In this document: one piece after another, positions 58,537-64,000 of the stretch
How the letters are laid out: every line of letters begins with the position of its first letter
Position numbering within the stretch: the stretch's first letter is position 1
Source of the DNA: Candidatus Latescibacterota bacterium
GTDB lineage: Bacteria > Latescibacterota > UBA2968 > GCA-2709665
DNA: 64,000 nucleotides
Assembly: GCA_965222075.1 (NCBI GenBank)
Contig: OZ244937.1
Coordinates: 4,608,001 to 4,672,000, forward strand
Direction: 5' to 3'
Position numbers and translations under genes: made by a program
Notes under the pieces: generated by a model
What the model was told of the DNA's origin: nothing
What the model saw: only the letters and a program-made list of their open reading frames with translations
The model's database searches: none

Positions 58537-60522
58537 TCAATATCCGTGAACATAATGCCCCGCCCCGGGAAACCAGATCACATCCACCAGCACGGAAAGG
58601 CTCACCCCCAGCGTGTATCCCGTCAGCACGCCCAGGAAAAACGGGCGGCAGCGCCGGTAGAGCGTGGCCCCTCCCACCTGGAGAAGGACGAACTTGATCG
58701 CCCAGGCGATAAACACCGAAAACGTCGTCCAGTAAACGTACGAAACCCCTGCAATTGGAAACCCGATCGGATGGAGGGGCCACCAGGAAAACCGGTACTT
58801 CAAAAAGGTCAGCAGCGCCATCACCCCCAGGCCGATGCCAAACAGACTCAACCGCAGGGGATCGATCGGCTCTGGATTGCGCATCTGCGCCAGCGCAGTT
58901 GTGAACCCTCCCTTGCTGTACGACCGGAAGGGGTGATAATATTTGAAATTGTAAGCGCCAAGCGTATACCCTACATAAAGCGTATAGACAATAGAGGCAG
59001 CCGCGCCTGCGGCAAAAGCCAGCAGCAGGGTCACCAGCAGCCGCCGCCGGTCCGGCTTGGGACAGGTATCCGCAATCTTGGCCGCATGGGTCACCGCCGG
59101 CATAAACAGCCCCTTGCCGTACGAGGTGAGCCCGTTGGAAAAAGCCAGAGCCGTGTGCGTGGACGCGGCCAGGTTCCGAGGGCCCAGGATCTGGGTCACC
59201 ATTTCCTGCGCCCCCACCGGCGTGCACACGAATACCAGCCCCACATCCGATACGATCCGCGCCACGCCCAGGTAAATCACCAGCGTGGCGAACAGGTACA
59301 GGCAGGCCACCCCGAACCCCATACCCGCCCGCCACAGCCAGAACATGGCAAATACCATGCTCAACCCCAGCCCCAGCAGCGCGGTGCGGTAACCCATCAT
59401 CTCCTCGGCGTCGTCCAGGGGCGCATCGCCGCCCAACGCCTTCCGCACAACCGCCTTCAGGTGGCGCCGGGCCGTCCACAGCCCCCAGAAAACCAGCATA
59501 AAAAAAGCGCCCAGATTCAGCCAGGAAAAGGTCTGCGAGGTATTCCACGGCGTGCTGGCGTTGAAACCGAGCCGGTTCAGAATGCCGCTGCGCACAATGA
59601 ACAGCACGCCGAAAAACCAGAAACTGAACAGCACGTCGAGATTGGCAAAATACGCGAATGAAATCGTGAACATATTGATCCGCGTCCAGATCCCCGGAAT
59701 CCAGCGGCCCTTGAACCCGCCGTCGAACCAGACCCAGGGCCCCCACCGGATATTCGGAATAATGGGAAACGAAGGCACGAAATAATTGATCATATTCCAG
59801 CAGATAATCCCCGACGCAATGCAAAACCCGACCCAGAAAAGGCGCGGGAACCCGGTCCCCTCGCGCACCGTCAGATCCAGCACCGGCCGCAGCACCGGGT
59901 ACGTGAGACGCTCGCTCTCGGCCCACTGCTTCCGCAGAATCACCGCCAGGCAGATTGACCCCACGAACAGCGCCGTGGCCAGCGCCATCCAGCAGGCCAC
60001 GGGCGTCAGCCACACGCTCCAGGGAATCGACACGCCCGCGGGCAGCCCCTCGTACAGGTAGTCGATGCTTCCGTTCACATTCTGGGGCGCCAGCCAGGTG
60101 GGAATATGCGGGTGGAAGAATTCCCCCCACTGGTTCTCCGGCGTGGCAAAATAATAGGGCGCGGCAATCACGCCCAGGAAATATCCGGTCAGCCCCACCC
60201 CCGGAATCGCGCCGCCCACCAGCGCGCCAGCCAGGATGGCCAGCTGCTCCGTATCCGACAGCGCATACCGTCTCCCCAGCAGCCTGATCAGCGGATTGAG
60301 CGCCAGGATCACCAGCAGGTAAACCATCAGCGCCCCCATCGGGAAGTGGCTGCGCGTGAGCTCCGAGCCGCGAACATCGTACTCGATGTAGCCCACCACC
60401 ACATTGACCGCCGCAGACACGCCCGCCGCCAAAAGAACCGACCGGACAGTCATCCCCCGCCCGCCCGGCGCCCCAGCGTCAACCCCCTGCTGCATGCGGG
60501 CGCTTTGGGAAGCCTCAGCCAT
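58537..60522 (-). CDS. DUF6785/DUF6784-type multi-pass membrane protein, paralog 2
   Basis: Alignable end to end with 52080-54023 (SHFPMG, YFATPEN, ILRKQW, PNIRWGPWV, SYGKGLFMPAVTH, WWPLHP). Confidence 0.8.
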   Translation of the reverse strand: MAEASQSARMQQGVDAGAPGGRGMTVRSVLLAAGVSAAVNVVVGYIEYDVRGSELTRSHFPMGALMVYLLVILALNPLIRLLGRRYALSDTEQLAILAGALVGGAIPGVGLTGYFLGVIAAPYYFATPENQWGEFFHPHIPTWLAPQNVNGSIDYLYEGLPAGVSIPWSVWLTPVACWMALATALFVGSICLAVILRKQWAESERLTYPVLRPVLDLTVREGTGFPRLFWVGFCIASGIICWNMINYFVPSFPIIPNIRWGPWVWFDGGFKGRWIPGIWTRINMFTISFAYFANLDVLFSFWFFGVLFIVRSGILNRLGFNASTPWNTSQTFSWLNLGAFFMLVFWGLWTARRHLKAVVRKALGGDAPLDDAEEMMGYRTALLGLGLSMVFAMFWLWRAGMGFGVACLYLFATLVIYLGVARIVSDVGLVFVCTPVGAQEMVTQILGPRNLAASTHTALAFSNGLTSYGKGLFMPAVTHAAKIADTCPKPDRRRLLVTLLLAFAAGAAASIVYTLYVGYTLGAYNFKYYHPFRSYSKGGFTTALAQMRNPEPIDPLRLSLFGIGLGVMALLTFLKYRFSWWPLHPIGFPIAGVSYVYWTTFSVFIAWAIKFVLLQVGGATLYRRCRPFFLGVLTGYTLGVSLSVLVDVIWFPGAGHYVHGY

Positions 60523-60531
60523 AGAAAAACC

Positions 60532-61533
60532 TCAAACCGACCCTCCCCCCCCGTACTTCCTGAACCGCACCGCCTGCCCCGTCTCCACCGACCGCCGGAC
60601 GCACGCAAAGTACTCCGCCACGTTGTAGGCGTCAACACCGCCCACCGAAGGCGTCCCTCCAACCTGCGCACACGCCGAAAACTCGGCCAGCTCTTCGTAC
60701 TGCTCGTCGATCCGCTCGAACGCCTCCCTCTCCAGGCCGTCGGAACGGTGAAGGGTCACCGAATTATCATCCCGGTTGTCCCACTTCGCCTTTCCTTCGT
60801 TTCCGATAAAGGCGATCTCGTACCCCGAATAGGAAACATAAGAACACCCGATATAGGACATGCGGCCGTCCACATACTGCGCAATCACCACCCCCAGATC
60901 GGGCGCGTCTCCCGCCCCGTCCCGTTTGGCCATAAACGCCGAAATCGTCTCCGGCGTACCCATAAAATCCAGCACCAGGTCGATAAACACCACCCCCATC
61001 TGCGTAAAGGGCAAAAGCGGCGCCGTCTTCTTAAAATAGCGCCAGTTCTCCGGCGTCAGATCGTACCCCGATGCGCCCGTAACCGTGGCCTCGGCCGAAT
61101 GGACCGCACCCAGCTCGCCCCCCCTCAAAATCTCCTTCATCCGGACAATCGCCGGATTCCTCCTCAAATTGTGCCCCGCCATCAACACAATCCTCCGCGC
61201 CTCCGCCAGCCGGAGCATCTCTCTGGCCTCCTCTGGATCGGTCACCACCGGCACATTGACAAACACGTGCTTCCCCTCGCCCGCGCACACCTTGAAATGC
61301 TCGAAATGCATCGCGTTGGGCGTGGTAATCACCACCCCCTCAACCTCCGGATCGGCCGCCACCTCTTCTGCGCTCCCGGCTCTTTTCGCGCCGAATTTCC
61401 CGGCCGCCGCATCCAGACGCTCCCCAACCGGATCGTACGCCGACACCAGCTTCAGCCCGTCGTTCTTCTCCACGGCCCGCTGGTGGTTCCGGGAATACCC
61501 CCCCAGCCCGATAAACCCCAGGTTCATGCTCAC
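60532..61533 (-). CDS. Gfo/Idh/MocA family oxidoreductase
   Basis: NLGFIGLG, ITTPNAMH, GKHVFVNVP (NVP in place of the usual EKP) and GHNLR. Confidence 0.82.
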   Translation of the reverse strand: MSMNLGFIGLGGYSRNHQRAVEKNDGLKLVSAYDPVGERLDAAAGKFGAKRAGSAEEVAADPEVEGVVITTPNAMHFEHFKVCAGEGKHVFVNVPVVTDPEEAREMLRLAEARRIVLMAGHNLRRNPAIVRMKEILRGGELGAVHSAEATVTGASGYDLTPENWRYFKKTAPLLPFTQMGVVFIDLVLDFMGTPETISAFMAKRDGAGDAPDLGVVIAQYVDGRMSYIGCSYVSYSGYEIAFIGNEGKAKWDNRDDNSVTLHRSDGLEREAFERIDEQYEELAEFSACAQVGGTPSVGGVDAYNVAEYFACVRRSVETGQAVRFRKYGGGGSV

Positions 61534-63182
61534 CCCTTCTCAATCGCAATCGTAGAGGCGCACGACGGCTTCAGCCGGATGCGCATATTGGCCGTCAACC
61601 CGTACCCCGCGTGCAGGTACCGCCCCATATCCAGGTCCCACGCACCCTCGTTCTCCTCCGTCCAAATCCGGTAAGACGCGCCCTTCCACCTCAGACTCAG
61701 CATCCCCTCCAAAATCGAATACCCCAGCTCGTTCTTCCCATCCCACAGCAGCACGGGAACAGAGAAAAAGACCTCATCCTGTGCCCCCACGTCGCCCACC
61801 TCATACGTCAGACGCACCCACCCATCCCCCACCACCGGCTTCAAACGCAGATCCAGCTCCCCCCCCAGCAACCGGTATTCTCCCTCGTCCACAACCTCCG
61901 CCCGGCCCGACATCACCCGGTACGACCCATCCGCGCCCTTTACCCCAACCCCGAAATAAGGTTCCAGGAGCGGATCCATCTTGCTCTTGTCCTGGATCAG
62001 CTCGCGAAACGGGTGCTTCACCCCATCCCGCTTCGCGTCCGCGATCGGTTCGATCATCCCGTTGCTCAACCGCAGAGAAACCGGCTGCAGGGGAAGGTGG
62101 TACCCAAAATCGTGCTCACAAAGTGCAAACCCCAGCCTGGCATTGGTCCCGTGCAGCACAACATAGCCCCCATCCGGGTCGACCACATTCTGCACCTGCG
62201 CCGACCTGACCGTTTCAAACCCCTCCCAGCCCTGCTCCACAAGCAGCGCAAGCAGCGACCAGGCAACCAGCCCTGCGCCCAGGTCCGTATTCAGCCGGTT
62301 GTAGGTCCACTCCAGACCCGCCAGAGCGTAGGGAGAAAAGTGGTTGGGCGTATGCGAGAAAATTCCGGCCTCAACGTTAAACGACCGGCAAAACGCAAGC
62401 AGCGCCCGAACCCGGTCTTCCGCCTGCCTCCCTTCTCCAATATATGCCAGGAGTGCGGCCGCGGGATAGACATACATCTGATACGTGCTTCGACTCGCCA
62501 GAACCGGCAGATCAAACGCGCCGTTTGCCCGCTTGAACCAGGCGCACATATTCTGGAAAAGGTCCGCAATCCCCTCGTCCACGGTATCCGGGGTCTTGTT
62601 CAACAGCGCCGCCGCCATAAAACTCCCGGCCAGATACGCATGCGGAATCGAGTTCCCGTTCACATCGTCGTCTTTCAAAAATCCCTCGGGAGTCATCCGC
62701 ACCTTGAACAGGGCGACAATCGCCTCCGCCCGTTTTTTCGCCTTCTCCTCCCGGCCCAGGTCGCCGTACCAATCGCACACCAGCGAGGCCGCCGACACGT
62801 GGCAGTCCGAAAACCCGGCGTCTTCAACATAAGAATTTGCGAACGCCTGCTTCCAGTCCGCCAGCTTCTCCTCCTCCACAACCCCCGAAAAAACCGGAAA
62901 CACCATCGCCCCGTATCCCATCACATATTCTCTGAACCCCGGCGACCCCTTCGCATCCTCCAAAATCGCCACCGTTCGCTCAACCCAGCGCTCCGTCCAC
63001 TCCAAATACCGGTCCTCACCTGTCAGCCGGTACAGGGTCGCCCCAACCACAGACCAGCAGCCCGGCGCGAAATTCTCGGGCCGGTTGCTCTCATACGCAT
63101 CGTTCAACCTTCCGGTGTCATCCGTCCACCGAACCCCGACCTCAAACCCTGCCTTCAGGCATTCGACCAAATCGTTTCGCAT
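61530..63182 (-). CDS. Hypothetical protein (helical N-terminal part, beta-rich C-terminal part)
   Basis: 550-aa ORF with GGAGGA RBS and a 4-bp overlap with the downstream gene; no confident family. Confidence 0.7.
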   Translation of the reverse strand: MRNDLVECLKAGFEVGVRWTDDTGRLNDAYESNRPENFAPGCWSVVGATLYRLTGEDRYLEWTERWVERTVAILEDAKGSPGFREYVMGYGAMVFPVFSGVVEEEKLADWKQAFANSYVEDAGFSDCHVSAASLVCDWYGDLGREEKAKKRAEAIVALFKVRMTPEGFLKDDDVNGNSIPHAYLAGSFMAAALLNKTPDTVDEGIADLFQNMCAWFKRANGAFDLPVLASRSTYQMYVYPAAALLAYIGEGRQAEDRVRALLAFCRSFNVEAGIFSHTPNHFSPYALAGLEWTYNRLNTDLGAGLVAWSLLALLVEQGWEGFETVRSAQVQNVVDPDGGYVVLHGTNARLGFALCEHDFGYHLPLQPVSLRLSNGMIEPIADAKRDGVKHPFRELIQDKSKMDPLLEPYFGVGVKGADGSYRVMSGRAEVVDEGEYRLLGGELDLRLKPVVGDGWVRLTYEVGDVGAQDEVFFSVPVLLWDGKNELGYSILEGMLSLRWKGASYRIWTEENEGAWDLDMGRYLHAGYGLTANMRIRLKPSCASTIAIEKG

Positions 63183-63198
63183 ATCCTCCTCCTGTTCA

Positions 63199-64000
63199 TC
63201 AGCCAGTAGCGGGCGATCCCAGGGACCGCCCCTGTGACGCCGCTCGCCCCCCATAGCCCCGGTCGATATCCGGCAGGTCCGTGTGTTTGCCCAGGGTCTC
63301 GGCCATCGCCCGAACGTGATACGGCAGCGCCCCGCAGCACGAACCGATCAGGTCGATCCCCATCCGCACCGCCTCGGCCGTGTACTCCGCCATCGCAAAC
63401 CGGGTCACCACGCGGGGCTCCACCTGCGGCCACAAATCCGCCCGGCTCAGCGGCCGGTTGAAAACCTCCCCCGGTTCCACCTCATAACCCGTCGGCTGAG
63501 CGCACAGGGGCACGGACACCGCATCCCGCACCTCGTACATCAACGGCCCCATCGTCTGCCAGGGCCGCATGCAATTGACCCCCACCACATCCGCCCCCGC
63601 ATCCACCAGCCGCTTGGCCCCTTCTCCGGGACGGTACCCCTCCCGCGTATACTCGCTGTCCCGGTAGGTCATCGTCACCACCGCCGGCACGCCCGCCTGC
63701 TTCACAAACGGAATCGCCAGGCTCACCTCGTCTACCGAATAAAACGTCTCCACAATAAACAGATCAACCCCTGCCGCTGCCTGCTGTCCCACCCGCTGTT
63801 CGAAAAAGACCTGCGCATCCCGCTTCTGCTGCTCCGTCATCGGCGCCCACGTGGACTGCCCGCTATAAACAAACGGACTCAGCGTTCCCGCCACGAACCT
63901 GTTCTCACCCGCTGCCTCCCGCGCCAGCTTCACCGCCGCGTGGTGCAGCTCCTCCTCCCGCTCCATCGGACGCACCCCCCACGTCATTGCCTGGAGTACC
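63199..64000 (-). CDS. Homocysteine S-methyltransferase family protein (5' partial)
   Basis: LAREAA..FVAG, GVDLFIVET, VGVNC and IGSCCG (three Zn-binding Cys); frame open to the window end. Confidence 0.88.
   Translation of the reverse strand, partial: VLQAMTWGVRPMEREEELHHAAVKLAREAAGENRFVAGTLSPFVYSGQSTWAPMTEQQKRDAQVFFEQRVGQQAAAGVDLFIVETFYSVDEVSLAIPFVKQAGVPAVVTMTYRDSEYTREGYRPGEGAKRLVDAGADVVGVNCMRPWQTMGPLMYEVRDAVSVPLCAQPTGYEVEPGEVFNRPLSRADLWPQVEPRVVTRFAMAEYTAEAVRMGIDLIGSCCGALPYHVRAMAETLGKHTDLPDIDRGYGGRAASQGRSLGSPATG

Noticed and set aside
56555-60130. 1191-aa ORF as a giant fusion protein
   Set aside because: Its first 560 codons are an alternative frame of the membrane protein gene (58537-60522) and its short downstream gap, and read as low-complexity G/R/A text. 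The real protein starts near 58450.
1-64000. tRNA, rRNA, prophage, integrase or anti-phage defence genes
   Set aside because: None recognised on either strand by eye; tRNAscan-SE, Infernal and DefenseFinder would be needed for a firm negative.

Overview
A gene-dense, GC-rich bacterial chromosome segment with about 50 genes. I found no rRNA, tRNA, CRISPR array or intact transposase. The content (GWxTD protein, TonB-dependent receptor, two DUF6785-type membrane proteins, heparinase II/III-like lyase, PhyH and CocE enzymes) suggests a diderm FCB-related lineage such as Latescibacterota; this is inference only. Layout: (1) 1-9.5 kb accessory enzymes, a secreted polysaccharide lyase-like protein and a lipoprotein/TBDR pair. 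(2) 9.7-31.6 kb housekeeping: ygfZ-like, folB, folK, dNK, panB, panC, sod, prx, iscA-like, rny, orphan nuoI, single-Cys IscU-like, queG, miaB, lipA, Rieske, GWxTD, fused IOR, a plant-HPR1-like dehydrogenase and dusA. (3) 31.6-49.3 kb a long amide/cyclic-amide catabolic cluster. (4) 50.8-64 kb a minus-strand locus built around two paralogous DUF6785-type membrane proteins. Non-gene signals: a 422-bp MITE-like element (25-bp TIRs, 8-bp TSD) inserted in the loop of a hairpin, an exact 93-bp in-frame tandem duplication, a duplicated RBS at rny, deletion-type pseudogenes, a frameshifted GAPDH between hydantoinase subunits, and a GC-skew inversion near 49.4 kb. All family calls come from motif recognition, not database searches.
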